DNA of 64,000 nucleotides from Bilabrum cf. latius (GCA_965178125.1 OZ237735.1:1302001-1366000), one strand, 5' to 3'. Positions 36,436-50,800 are shown, counted from the first letter of the stretch. Made by a program: numbers and translations. The notes: a model not told the origin generated them from the sequence alone.

Positions 36436-39400
36436 ATGCAGGCAGAGCTTGCGCAACCAGTATCCTCTTTTCGTGTTCTACAGTCCAGCAGCGCACCAGC
36501 AATCAGTGATACATCTTACATCGAATCGAATGCGTCAATGATCAGAGGGATGGACCCCAAGGAGCTGGAGGACAGTATTGAACAGGCTCTTGACTTCATT
36601 CCAGCTGATCTTTTGAGTAAGCTACGGGATGCACGGGCTAGAAAGGGCGAAGCTGTCGTCGAGGCGCCTGTGCCAACAGCGGGAACTAGCGGCGCCAGTG
36701 CGTCTACCTCTACAGAATAGTACACCACAGGCACTGCAGGTGAGCGTACATCCCCACTATAGCGGGGTCGCGAGCTGGCTAGAGACCCATCTCGGATTCA
36801 GACAGAGGAGGACTTGATCGCCGCTGTGGCCACGCTGCCGCAAGAGCAGCAGGACAAGCTGCAGTGGACTGGCATGGCCACCCGCGCGAATTCATCCATG
36901 AAGTCTGATCAAAAATCCTAGATTAGTGCGAAGCCAAAGATGACCGGGATAGGCAGCGGGCTGGGGCCGCAGGGGCAGGCCATCCGCGATGCACTCCAGG
37001 CTAGGTTGGGCAAGTCGGTCGGGTTAGAGAGGCTGGATGCAGAGCACACGCTAGAAGGGCGGGTGTTGGAGCCAGGGGCAGCACCGTCTTCGCTGCTGCC
37101 CGATGATGATGGCGCTCGCTTCGATTTGGAGGGCAATCACGTGCGTCGAGGGGGTCGCGATGCATCCGCTGGGGAGGCGCCAGCGATGGGTCCAGCGAGG
37201 GGTGCAGGGGCAGAGCCAGCGACCCTGCTGCATCACGGTAACATCGGGGCAGGAGAAGCCGAGGAACTAAATGATCACCACGACAGTAAGCACAGCTCGC
37301 CCGCCGATGGTGCGGCTCCCGCCATGATCGGCGATCCGAGTGCTAGCAAGTCCTCAAAGGCATCGGTCGACTCCGTGGTCCCTGGGTATACCCTCACAGA
37401 CCTGGTTACGCTCGCTCGCAGCCGGGTCGTTGGGTAGCGAATCATCGCTCTTCAATGCCTTGCCAAGCTGCTGCACCGTCGCAGACAGCTCGTGACTGAT
37501 CGAATCCGGAGGGACCTGGGATCGGCAGGGGCGCGGGGAGCGGGGCCTCGAGGCGTCATCAGACCGGCTCGGCTGCCACGGATGCTTCCGGTTGCGATTC
37601 GAATGGCGACGTCTGAGGACAATGTTGCAGCTCTTGCAGCCGGGTTTGCAGCCGCTGTGGCGCTGGTTGGCACGGACGATGACGACGGCGACCTGTACGC
37701 TGGATCTGCAGACCAAGCTCGCCCTTCTACAGACGATGGGCTCATGTCCATGGGAGGGCGGTTCTACTGCGAGTGCATCTCAAGCAGGGCGCCAGTGCTA
37801 GTCCCTTCGATGCGCGCCCGCTAGATGTTTCCAAAAGGCTATTCAGAGGGCTGGCTCGCTGAAGGAGGCAGAGAAGGGGCTCCGGCTCATGAGATCACTG
37901 CGGCCCTGAGCCACTGGCCCGTGCCGCAGGTGGGCCTTCGCGCAAACAGAAGGCTTCAAATGGAAGCAGGGCTGCTGAATGATGACCCCACGGCTCAAGC
38001 GCCTGCCTAGACAGATGAGCCGAAGATGACTCCCGATGACTTGACCTGGAAAGCGCTCACTGACGACTGGGAGGCGGCGAGCACGGGCAGCCTCGACTTT
38101 GAGGACCGATTCGATTGCTTGCAGACCGAAGCTGGGACAGGGACTGCCACTAGCGCGCACACTCCTCTGTTTTCCAGCGCCGCGGAGGAAGGGTCGGCCG
38201 CACTGACGGATCCACTGGCGGCTTGGGCTGCCGGCGGGTACATCGAGCACCTGGCTGCGGTGCTGCACCCCAAGGGCGCGGGCATGGTTTTGGCAGAGTC
38301 GAACCCTGGGGCCCTTGCAGATGCGATCCGTGTCGTCATTGCGCTCGCGAGACGGTCGCTCTCGATTGCAGCCTCGATTGCAGGAGTCCGCACGAAAGTA
38401 TCCGGGACGTCCACGAAGAAATCGTTGCTTGCATCTATCGTGGAGCTGACGCTCCAGCAATCTGCACCCGTTGCAGCGGCGTGCACGCCTGCCACCAGCC
38501 CGAGGGTGCAGGCCATTCGCCTCTTGCGGGTAATATGCTGCTCGGGCCAAGCCCTAGCCCGTACATGCGCGTCGTAGTGGATGCTTGGGGCAGCCAAGCG
38601 ACCCATTCTTGAGTGGATAGGAGGTAAGGGGGGCGACGAGGTATGTGCGGCGGCTGCCGAGTCATTGGCTCTTTGGCAAGCATGCATCGGGTATGGCCTC
38701 GACGTGTCAGCTTGGGTCGACCTGTCGAGAGGCATCAAAGGAAGGGCGTCAGCTGCCGTGTCCAAGGGTGGGATAGAGGCAGTAGCTGCGTGCATGTCGT
38801 GGAAAGTTGCTGGGGCTGTGGTGGAGGCAGCCGTGCGAGGGGTGGAGTCCTCTCGATAGCGCGTCGTGAAGCGCCGCGAGAAGTCTGCCAAAAGCGGGGG
38901 ATTGATAGACAGCGATTCGGAGGCGGAGGACGACGAAGATGCTAGCGGCAGCCGAGTTGCCGAACTTGAGCGCTTGGAGGGCTTGGAGACAACAAAAGGA
39001 GCTAGCGCTACTCCGGATGGCGATGACCTGCCACGACGCGGGCTCGGTGGTCTCTCTGGCTCCGCTGCTCGGCTTGCCGGTGTGGTCGGGCCAGCACTGC
39101 GAAGCAGCGTGCATACCCTGCTCAAGCTGACCCTCAGTCTGCCGTCCGATTCGAGCGCCCTCAGCACTGCCACATTGCTCCACGCGACCAGCCTCCTTGG
39201 GGTGCTCGCCAACCACCTCAAGATACTCGACTTCAACCCGGGTGCCTCGCCGCCCTCATCCGCGTCACCGTTTGCCGCGGGTGGAACCAAGGGCGCCCAG
39301 GCGCCATTCGCGTGGCCCGCCACGCAGATTTGCATGAGCTCTGCCAACCGGTCTGCCGCAGCACGCTCCGCATGCCAGGACGTTCTAGAGGCGCTGGCAG

Positions 39401-41175
39401 CCTCGCCACTGCTGAAGGCTTGCGCTGCCGCAGCGACTGGATCGACCGGGATGCGATCTGCCGCGGCGTCCGACTTGCTTGGAACCGTCGCTGCCGTTGC
39501 GCAGCGCTGTGTCATGGTGGATCCCTCGCTGGAGCGAGCCGGCACGACGATCGGATCGATCATGCGGTGCTGCGCAGATGCCCTCTCTGGAGCCGTGGAA
39601 ATTAATGCGGAGGCGCTACCTAGAGCGTTGCCGTGGATGCCGGCGCACGTGAATCTACTGCAGAGGAACCGGGTCATGCTGGCGTGGTCGGCCACAAAGC
39701 TGTACCTGTCGTTGTCTGCAGCGACCGCCGGTGTGGAGCTGCACCGGCTGATGCGCCGTATAGCTTGGTCAGATCTACAGCTGTGCATGCCGGGCGATGA
39801 AGGTTACGCGGCGGCCCTCGTTGCGCAGGGGGTGCTGCTCCCTGTGCACATTGCTGCCGCCCTCCGCGACTCTGGCGCCGTCAAAGCAGAGCAGGTGGAA
39901 GCCACGGCCATGGCGGTGAGGCGAGACCTCATCGGGGTCTCCCTGTCCATGGTGGGCTCCACCGGGGCGAGGAACCGAGCTTCGCTCCAGTTGGCGAGGC
40001 GGGGGTGCGGAGACGTGCCAACTTTCCGCACGCCGTTGCCCCGGCGCGTTGCTCGTCCCATGATGCGACACATCATGTCAAGCTCGGTGATCATGCCGGA
40101 CTACAGGGCAAACACGCGGGGACTTCCGATGCCTTCAGGCTGGCACCTTTGGGCCATGAGGAGGGGGGCGGAGGCCACGGCCCTGCAAGCCAAAGCAGCG
40201 CCAGCCCAGGCTGGGTCTGCCCGGAACCCCATCGCATTGCTGTCATCCAGTGCATGGCTGCATGCAGTTGCAGTTGAGAGCCGTGGCGCGGCAGGCGATG
40301 CGCTGAAGCGAGCCGCGGCTTGGCATGCTTTCCGTTGCAGCGAAGCGGAGCCTACAGTGCTCCGCCATAGTCAAGTCGACAATCTCTTGTGCGAGATGCT
40401 GGCGACTGCTGGGGTGGGCCGAGATGGTCTCAACGACGCGCTCACGGGCGGCACTGGAGGCAAGGAGTAGGCCATGTTTGCGGTCGGGAGCGCGTGCAAG
40501 GCAGTGGCGGGCATGGGGGAGTCTGCGCCTGCGCTGTGCCACATGGTCTTGCTGCTGTGCATGGGAGCGGGGGCGCCTGCCTCCCTGCAAACCATCGCGC
40601 TGGCAGAGCTGAGGCGAACCAATGCGATCATGGCTCTTAGTTTTGAATCAGCCACAAGGCACGTCGGGGAAGAGGCTCGCAGGCAGCTCTGGCTCGAGTG
40701 CCTCGGGGCACGCAGCTCGGGTGGGCACGCGATCGGATCTGCCGAGCAGCTTGCCGCCGTCGGCAAGCAGGCCACCAGCTTGCTGAGCACCGAGCGAGTG
40801 TCTGACTAGGACCCTAGTCACGAGGGGGAAGGAGCGTGCGCATCTCTGGCGTTCGTTCGGCTTGTGTAGGCATCTGCTACGCACATTGTACAGCTAATGG
40901 GTGGGCACGCACATGATGCCGGTGGCACTGGACAGCGCGGGCCCTTGCTGTCAGTTGCCGAGGCGATGCATGCGCTTGATGGCAGAGCCAGCAGTGCAAT
41001 GGCCGTTCCTCTATCTGCAAGGAGTGCACTCCGCGTCTTGCAGGATGGTGGCCGGCCAGCGGCTTTGAGAGGGGTGTTGGCTTGGAAAGACGGGCAGCAG
41101 AGCGCGCTGCAGGGCTGGCTCCCTGCAGTGGATGCTACCACAAATCAGGCATTAGATCGCTTGAACAGACTATGA
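36436..41175 (+). CDS. RPAP1: RNA polymerase II-associated protein 1 (RPAP1/Rba50/IYO)-like, ~1579 aa
   Basis: Nine ORF fragments in one frame joined by TAG. RPAP1_N-like IESNASMIRGMDPKELEDSIEQAL..IPADLLSKLR, then DKLQWT and RFDLEG, then RPAP1_C-like LHHG...GYTLTDLVTLARSRVVG*RIIAL. Ends in TGA. Confidence 0.85.
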
Positions 41176-41868
41176 GTGGCTACTTTAATTGCTGCCACTG
41201 GCTGTGGTCCAGGTAAAGGCCGACGTCTCCATTCGCAGCATGCTTGCAGGGCTGAGTGCGCTCAGGTGTTGGCATTGTTTTGTCCACTGACCCAACACCG
41301 TTGTAACGCCTCTGGTTTGCCGGCAGAAAGGGGCCCCGCTTACCAGGGTGCGGAAACCGCTTCGTCATATACCCCCTGCGATGGATCGAAATGGAAGGAA
41401 GGAAGGAAGGAATTCTGGTTTAAGATGGCGTGAAGACGTTTGGCAGGGTTGAGTTGTGGTCGTACGCGGCGGTCGCAACTGGCGGTCGTGCAGGCAAACT
41501 AACTTGCGACCAACTGGGGTCCACAGTCCAAATTTCGGGGTGCCAGCACAATTCTTGTCCAGTTTTCGGTTCATGTGAGAATGATACGCGGTTGTCTATA
41601 CGTGCCCTTGTATTTTTACTTTAGCACATGTCATAGTTTCGTTGTTGGTTATGTCAGATATTCATAACGACGGTTTCAAAGCCCTAAATGGTTTAGGGAG
41701 GCCAGAAGGCACGCGCCGGAGATCTTGCCCTACTTTGTGCCTGACCAAGGCCAACAGCGCAATCACGGAGCCGTGTGGATACGTGATATGGTATGAACTT
41801 TTACACAAAGTGACTATTACCATGATCTCTTAGCCTACCTTGATGTTTGCGGTTGTTCGCAGACCGAG

Positions 41869-44800
41869 ATGGGCTTGAGGGCAATCTCACTCATTTTCGC
41901 TCTGATTGGAGCGTATCTCTTACCCCAAGCCAGCGGAAATTGTTCTGGCACTCGTCATTACCACCTTCGAGCGTCTGGATCTTAGTGGTGAGGCTACTTG
42001 TTGCCATAAAGCGGCACGCAACGCATGGCGCACCCACCTTGTGAGTGTTCGTTGTTTATGGCATTCGCAGGATCGCGGATGGAACCGGGCGGGGCACGAA
42101 CTATCGGTAAGATACATCAATAATGACCTTTTCTCAGTCTGAGGTATCTTATTGACGATGAGTCTGTTTCCTGCGCTTCCTCTAATTTCTAGCAGATCCT
42201 CGTTGAGTTGCTATTGGTGTGAGGGCGTACTAGTGCGCTTCAGCTGGCCCTCTAACTATTGATGTTATCGCTGCCATCAATAGTCTGATCTAAAGATACT
42301 CTAGCGCAACAGGATCGACACCTATCGCCCTATCGCAGACGCCTACTCTCCGTCCGGTGCCTTGACCTGGTACACTTGGAGCTATTTCGAGCTGACGTGG
42401 TCATCGTCGTGCACGAATGACTACATTCGCTTGCGCACGAGCCGCTCCTTCAGCTCCAGGCGCTACTGTGGCACAGCTAGATCGTATCCTAGCTCCCGCG
42501 CGCCGTCGAGCACGTTCTGGGGTTCAACCTTCGGGATCCACTTCAGGACTGGAACGCACCGACGCTGTTATTCATCGTGGTGGTGGTAAGGCGCATTGTA
42601 TTGCCATGATATCATGAGCTCTGGCTAGATTACCTACTGGCATGCTTCGCTCTCATTCTGCCTTCTAGTTCTGCAGGACTTACTGCTCCGGGCCGTACCC
42701 CTCGCAAGGATGTGAGACCTCGCGACTGGCCACAGGCAGCAGTTGCCGTGTAAATACAGCATCCAAAGATATCTTCAAGGGCATGGCTTCCCACATGTGA
42801 TACTGTAGATCTGTTGTGTTTTCGGGGTTTTCGTGTTTCTGTTTGGTTCCGACCGCCGCTAGCGACCACCGCTAGCGACCACAACTCAACCTCTTCCAAT
42901 CTTCTCAACAACCATTGCAATTCTTCGCAGGGGGAATCACTGTTTACTGGAATTGTCCAAGCGGTCGCTATCACCACTACAATGCGAACTCGTGTTACGA
43001 CTGCGGTGTTGGGCACTACCGGTCCGGTTGGTCTCGATCTCGCGGTTGCTCCCGCTGCTCCACGGGGTACTACCAGCCCAGCAACCGGCAGTCGAGCTGC
43101 CGTGCGTCGGGAACTGGCCATTACGTCGGCTCCACTGGATCGAGGTACCGTTACGCGTGTCCCGCGGGCCGGTACGGCAGCTCTAATGTCCAGCGATCGT
43201 CCTCGTGCACGGGGGCGTGTGCTGCAGGCTACTACTGCCCCTCCGGGTCCACGACCAACCGGCCCTCGGGGAGGCTCTGTCGACCAGGCAGGTACTCATC
43301 CGGTGGATCGGGTTCTGCAACGTGCCCCGGGGCCGTGGCGCGCGGTTACTGCAGCAACAACGGAGCTACAAGAAGCACCGGGCATGCCAGGTGCGGGCCC
43401 GGGCGGTACTGCCCGAACCTTGGCACCTCATGCTCCTCGCAGTCCGTCCCGCCCACAGGACGCTACACAACTCCGGATACTTCCTCGACTACCCCGCGAA
43501 CAGGCGTAGCCGTGTGCCGCGCCGGCCAGTACTGCTCGGGCGGCTTGAGCTACAACTGCCCAGCAGGCCGCTGGCGCTCGAGCACTGGCGCGTCATCGTC
43601 GAGCCACTGCACTGGGCAGTGCCAGGCGGGGTGCTACTGCCCCGCAGGCTCGACGGCATCCTGCCCTCGGGCGTGCGGAGATCAGAAGTACTACTGCCCC
43701 GCAGGTCGGGGCAGCCCGATCACCGTGCCAGACGGCAAGTACAGCTGCATCCCCGGGCAGGAGCCCACGTTCGCCAATGCCGACAGGCGCACGCACGCGT
43801 GTGACTGCCCGCCCGCTTACTCCTGCTCTGGCGGCGTCCGCACACCCCTGTTCGTGTGGACGGACAACGTGTGCAGCGCCAGCGGATCTCGCAAGGCTGC
43901 CGTCAACGAGAACGCCCGGAGCGCCGTGGCAGTGCAGGTGAACCTGGACGGTCTCACTGGTGGTTCGTACAGGATCACGGCTCAGACCAAGTTTGAGGAT
44001 GCCAGTGGGTGCCAGCACTCCACACCGTTCGAAGTGCTGAGCGACGGTCGCGTGCGTCTCAAGAGCACCCTCACCGCTGGTCTCTCTGCCGAGGAGTGCA
44101 CAGGGTACAAGGTGACCGTTGCCTACCGGTGGAGGGGTGACGACGTCACCACTTGCGCCATGGACATCGAAACGACCGACGTGAACGAGAGGCCCACGTT
44201 CGGGTCTTCTTCGTACTCGAGGGAGGTGGAGGAGGACGAGCCCGAGGACACCCAGGTGGGCGAGCCCATCACAGCCACGGATCCCGATAGGGGCCAGGAG
44301 CTGCTGTACTCGATCGTATCAGGAAATACGGGGGATGCGTTCCGCATCGGGTCTTGTTCCGGCCAGATCTACACGATGAAGCCGCTCGACCACGAGGGCA
44401 TCGGCTCCTACACCCTTCGCATCCGGGCGGCGGACACTGGCACCCCTCAATTCACCGTTGATACCACGGTGCGTGTCTCTGTGACCAACAAAAACGAGGA
44501 GCCCACGTTCCCCGAGGACGGAGACTACACATTCGAGGTGAACGAGGACGCAGGCGTGGGCGGCGCGTTCAGCCCGTCCTCTGCGGGGGCTCAGGATCCC
44601 GACGGTGACACCCTGGCCTACTCGCTCATCGGCAACGACCAGGCCGCCGTTGCCATCAACTCACAGACCGGTGCTCTCACCATCGCCAAGACCTAGCATT
44701 TCAACTACGAGCTGCCAGCCCAGCAGGTGCGCTCGTTCCGGATCAAGGCGTGCGATGCCGAGTTCTGTGCCGAGCAAGACGTCACGGTGACAACGATCAA

Positions 44801-47800
44801 CAGGAACGACCAGCCGGAGGTAACTTCGGGCCAGGAGTTCTTCATCTCAGAAGGGGCTAGCGCTGGGGATGCAGCGGGCACCGTGCAGGCTACCGATGAG
44901 GATGCAGGCAGCACGCTGGCATACTCGATCGTGTCAGGCAATGTTGGCTCTGTGTTCGGCATCAACAGTGGGACCGGCGCTATCACGCTTGCGAGTGGCA
45001 AGACCCTCGACCACGAGACCAGGGAATTGTACAGCCTGGTCGTGCGGGCCACCGACAGCGGCATCACGGGGCACACGACCGCCAAGAGCGGGGAGGCCAC
45101 GGTGACGGTGAGGGTGGACGACGTCAACGAGGCCCCCGTCCTGAGCGACATGAGCGCCTCCGTGGACGAGAACGACGCGGACGCAGAGATCACGCCGTTA
45201 CTATCCTCTGGCCTATCTGACCCCGACGGGATCCAGGGACAGACTTTCTTCTACACCATCGAAGGCGGCAACGACGACGGTCTCTTCTCCGTCACCGCGG
45301 CTGGCAAGCTGTCGCTGGCCTCGGCTCTGGACCATGAGGCCGCTGCGAGCCACGCGCTCACGGTCAAGGTGACGGATGGCGGTGGTCTCTCTGATACCGC
45401 CACCTACACAGTCAACGTGAATGACTTGGCCGAGCCGCCCCTCATCATGGAGTCGCAGTCGTTCAGCGTGGAGGAGAACTCGGCTGCTTCTGCCGGGAGC
45501 ATCGGTACCGTGCAGGTGACGGATGAGGATTCCACGACCGCCCAGCTTACCTTCAGCTTGGTCAGCTCTAGCGCCGCCGATAATTTCCGCATCTCGGGAG
45601 CGGGAGCCCTAACGCTGGCACCTGGGTTCTCTCCCGATTTCGAGTCTGCCAGCCAGTTCGTGTTCGAGGTCAAGGTGACGGACCAGAGCTCGCTCAGCAA
45701 TACCCAGTCCGTGACCGTGCTGGTGACCAACGTGAACGAGAGGCCGTCGATCTCGTCCCAGGAGCTCGCCATTGCGGAGCAGTATGGCACTGGCACTGAG
45801 GTTGGCACGCTCATTGCTTCGGATCCCGATGGTGATGCTCTTGTGTATGAGTGGACCTACTCCGGAGATGTGTTCCTTATGACTGAGAACGGTCTGGTGA
45901 ACCTCAACCAGCAGCCTTCCGGCCCTGGCACCACTCGCGCGACCGTCACTGTTAGTGATGGCGGCAGCCTGTCGGCCTCAGCCACGGTGACGCTTCGAGT
46001 CACGGACTCCAACTTCAAGCCGTCATGCGACCCTGGGAGGTTTACGATGGCCGAGAACTCGCCTGTGGGAACTGCCACCACGCCGTCAACGGGCCTCACC
46101 GTGTCGGATCGCGACACAGATGACAAGCATCGGTGGTCCATCATTGGGGACAACGTGGACTCCACATTCCAGATCGGCGCGACCGACGGGAAGATCTCAC
46201 TTGCCAAGTCGGTGCTTGACCACGAGACTAGGGGTTTCTATAACATCACCATTCAGGTCGAAGATGATGGTGCCGGCAAGCTCAAGGGCAGGTGCTTCGC
46301 CGAGATTGAGGTAACGGACGTGAATGAGGCACCAGAGCTGGAGAACAACCTGGGAACGTTCGAGTTCTTCGAGAACGACGACGATGGCACGGACGGAGGC
46401 GCCGTGGAGGGCGCAGACGTGGACGATGGCGACACGCTGACGTACTCGATCACCGAGGGCGACAGTACCGGTGCTTTTGCAATCGACAGCCGGACCGGTA
46501 ACGTGTCTGTGGCAGACAACACCAAGCTGGACTACGAAGACACGAGCAGCTACCGCCTAACCATCCAGGTGGAGGACAGCGGAGGCCTTAAGGATACCGG
46601 CAGGCTCACTGTCCTTGTGAAGAACGGCAACGATGCACCCTTCGGAAAGGACGTATCTGCTGCGACAGATGAGAACGTGGTCAACGCGCAGGTCACAACC
46701 GCGGCAGCCATCGACGAAGACGTTGGCCAGGGGCATGCCTTTGCTCTGTCCAGGACCAACAAGTACTGCTGGGCGCACACGGTGACCAGCCAGGAGGTCA
46801 ACACTCTCGTGGCAGTACGTGGCGCTCGGCTCCCCGCGGGCTCTTCGCAGGCCGAGGTCACTGTCACGTTCCGGCTTGCATCCAGGGGTTCTTCTCTGCT
46901 CGCCATGCGAGTAGGAGGATCGGGTACCAACGCGGCAGCGAGGTACGAGTTCGAGGTTGGCTGCGGATCGAGCCGCAACCAGGCCTGCATCCGCAGGTGC
47001 GGATCCGACGGCTCGTGCATCGATCTGGTGACCAGCGCCATCGCCAACTCGGGCGCAGGCATCGCTTTGGTGGACGTGGTGACAGGCGAGACCGGCGAGA
47101 CCGGTACTTTGGCCAACCTGTGCGCCACTGCCAACCGGCAGACGGGCGCCCTGTCCATCGGGCTGCGAGCCGACAACGAGCCGGGGACTGCCTGCAGCAA
47201 GACCGTGGCCAGTGCCACTGACAGCTCGACCGCCAAGCTTGATGTGCGTGAGGTTTACATGGAGTCCGCATTCGCGGGCACTCGTTTCACTAGCGTGTGT
47301 TTCGAGCCGTCCGCCAGCACGGACGCCGTTGGTTCCCGTGTCGGGCTCGTGGGCAGCACTGGCGCGATCAGCATGTCGACTGCCGGCGACTACGAGACGC
47401 AGCAGTTCCTCGGCTTCGAGGTGAAGGTCACGGACAACAACGTGGGCGACCTCAACCCCAAGGGTCTCACTGATTTCGGCACCATCATGATCGCCTTCCG
47501 CGACAAGAACGAGAGGCCCGGATGGCCATCGACCGTAGAGTGCAGCAACGGTGCCAGTGGCATGGTCAGCTGCTTCACGATCAAGGAGAACTCGGCCGCT
47601 GATACGCTGGTTGGTACCCTGGCGGCTGCTGTCGATCCAGATGCCCTTGCCCAACAGACACTCGCGTACACTTTGGGCACGGCGAATAACCTGGCCGGGT
47701 CCTCTGAGCTCTTCGTGGTCGGCAAGACTGACAGGCAAGTGCGCTTGAAGACGACCGGGTACATTTCTTACGAGGACACCAAGTCCTACCAGATCACTGT

Positions 47801-50800
47801 GACGGTGTCCGACGACGGTGACCCGGCCATGACCCAGTCTGGGCAGTTTGTCGTGGTTGTCGAGGACGTGAACGAGAAGCCAACGGTGGAGCGCGGACAG
47901 GTCTTCACAGTGGAGGAGAACTCCAACACGGGCAGCCCGGTGGGCAATGGCGCTGCGTTCCGCGCCTCGGATCCGGACTCCGAGGTGCACCCCCAGGACT
48001 GGGGCACGCTGTCGTACGAGCTGGTCGGCCTATCGAACTTCCCCAACGCCACCACGATCTTCTCGATCAACAACGCGACTGGCGTGGTGACCGTAGCTGC
48101 GGATGGCATGCTGGACTTCGAGTTCAAGAACCAGTACGACGCCACTCTTCGGGTCACCGATGGAGGTGGTCTCAAGGACGAGACCAAGGTCACCTTCCGT
48201 GTGCTGGACCTCAACGAGCCGCCCGTCATCTGGGATCAGGTGCGCGAGGTCAGGGAGGACGCTAACTTCCCCGACGCTGTGGGAGCAGAGATCCCCGCCT
48301 GGGATCCCGATTTTGGCCAGGATCTGATCTTCACGATCGTGGGAGGCTCTGCGCAGGGGCTGTTCACCATCAACAGGTGCAGTGGGCAGATCCAGGTTGC
48401 CACTGGCACCGCCCTCGATTTCGAAACCACGCGTAACTACACGGCCCGCATCTAGGTGTGCGATACCGGCCGCCCCGTGCTGTGCTCGCAGGCCACGACT
48501 GAGATTGAGATTCTAGATGTCAACGACCGCCCCTCGCTAACCGGTTCCACGGTGGAGGTGGTGGAAAACTCCCCCGTGGGAGAGCCCGTGGGGTCCCCTC
48601 TGCAGGGCTACGACGAGGATATCATCGGCAAGACCGTGGCTGGCTGGTATAACCTCACGTACTCGATCGTTGCAGGCGACTCGCGCAAGGTCTTCATGAT
48701 CGAGCCGCTCACCGGGCAGGTGCGCGTGGCTCGCGGAGAGCGTGGCCTGCTCAACTACGAGTCCAGTGATGCCAACCGGTTCGAGCTGGTCGTGCGTGTC
48801 AGCGATCAGGGTGGTCGCGGCGAGCCTGCTCTGCACGCGGAGGCCAAGGTGATTGTCAGTGTGACGAACATCAACGAGCCTCCAATTGCCGAGGACTAGA
48901 CTCTCACCATCGCTGAGAACGCGCCACGCACGCCGCGCCAGGCCGACGAGCAAGTCGGCGAATCGCTCAAGGCCGAGGACGAGGATGCAGGTGACGAGGG
49001 CAAGGTGTTTTGGGCCATCGAGAACGGAGATCCGGACGATCTGTTCAAGCTGGTGGGCGAAGGAGAGACCGGGGCCACCATCCAGCTCACGCAAGCAGGC
49101 GCCAGTGCCCTTGATTACGAGACCAAACCGGAGCACGTGTTGCTGGTGCGGGCGTACGATGGAGGTGATCCTAGCCTGAGTGCCTACGTCAACATCACGA
49201 TCAAGCTGCTCGACACGAACGAGAAGCCCAACCTTTGGTCGTCCCAGGAGCTCCGCATCGGCGAGCTGGCGTCTCTGCGCGCTCCCTTGCTAGGAGGCGC
49301 ACTCAACGCGACTGACCCGGAGGACGGCACCACGGCCGATGGCAAGCTTCAGTTTGAAATCCTCGGTGGAGACTCCAGGGGTGCTTTCGATATCAACACA
49401 GGTTCCGGCCAGATCTTCGTCGCGGATCCCAGCAAGCTCAACCACGAGGAAGTGGACGAGGTCAACTTGCTGGTGCGCGTGCGCGACTCGGGAGCCACGG
49501 CGGATGGCATCGAGGACCGCTTGATGCATCAGGAGACTGTCAAGCTGCACATTCTGGATGAGAACGAGGCGCCGTGGTGCATGGACGCCGTGTTCGATCT
49601 GGCAGAGAACTCTCCTTTGGGTCAGGAAGTGGGCACCATGAGCGGGGATGACGTGGATGACGGCGATGTGCTCTCGTGGAGCATTGCTGAGTAGCCGGCC
49701 ACAGCCGCTGGGGATACCGCGCCATTCGCCATATCTTCATTGACCGGATTGATCGAGGTGTCGGCGGATTCGCTGGATCTCGAGACGAAGGGCAGCTACG
49801 ACGTGACCATCAACATCACGGACGCTGGCGGTCTTGTCGGCCAGTGCAACGCCCGCGTCAATCTGCTCAACCGGAACGAGCGCCCCTGGATCACCGCAGT
49901 GCCCAGGCTATTCGTTCCGGCCAAGACTACGACCCAGGTGGGGCCCCCGCTTGCGCAGGAGTACCTCCGGGACCAGGATCTTATGGCACCTGGCGTGCGC
50001 GAGGCCCACACGTGGCAGCTCGTGTCCAGCACAAATCCTGACGACACGTTCACGATCGATATCGCTTCTGGGCAGATCGCTGTCGTGGACAATTCTACAA
50101 GTGCGCTAGTGTACCCGCAGGGTGGCCCTGGCCCCATCCACACCGTGAATGTGTCCGTTACGGACGCCGGCATTGACGGTCAGAAGCTCACGTTCGTGGC
50201 TCAGGTTGAGATCGAGGTGGTTGATAGGAATTTCCCGCCGCGTATCACCGGCCCCTTCGCTTTTTCGTTGGATGAGAACGTTAACTTGGACACGCAGGTT
50301 GGCATCGTCATGGGTACCGACGCCGACGGGCCACAGGGCCAGAAGTTGACGTACACCCTGCGCCCTGGCGGGCCCAACGTGAACAGGCCCTTCCCGTTCA
50401 AGATCGAGACCGTGGAAGACACTGGTCCTGATGGCGTGGGCACGGCCCGCATCTCTGTTGCCGACGCTGAGGGCGGCGTTGACTTTGAGGGCCCGAGAAA
50501 GGGCCGTTTCAACCTGTACGAGGCCATTGTGACCGCCACAGACGACCACGGCGAGTCGCCCCTGTCTGCCTCGCGTACCGTCCGCATCAGCATCAACGAC
50601 ATGCAGGAGGACCCTGTGTTCCCTATGGGAGATTCGGCTGCCGATGAGTACGTCCTCCGCGTGGTGGAGGGCGAGATGGCAGGCACCCTGGTGCGCGGCT
50701 CGGAGGAGGGCGCCCTGCGGGCCACGGATGAGGATTCCGCCGATCTCTACGGTGACGGTCTCTCGTATTCGTGGGGAGGATCCTCAGGGACGACCGCATA

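Noticed and set aside
41176-41868. Short ORFs, (GGAA)5 at ~41393-41412 and splice-like signals between RPAP1 and the cadherin gene
   Set aside because: Could not build a convincing gene model; probably promoter or 5' UTR with non-coding introns.
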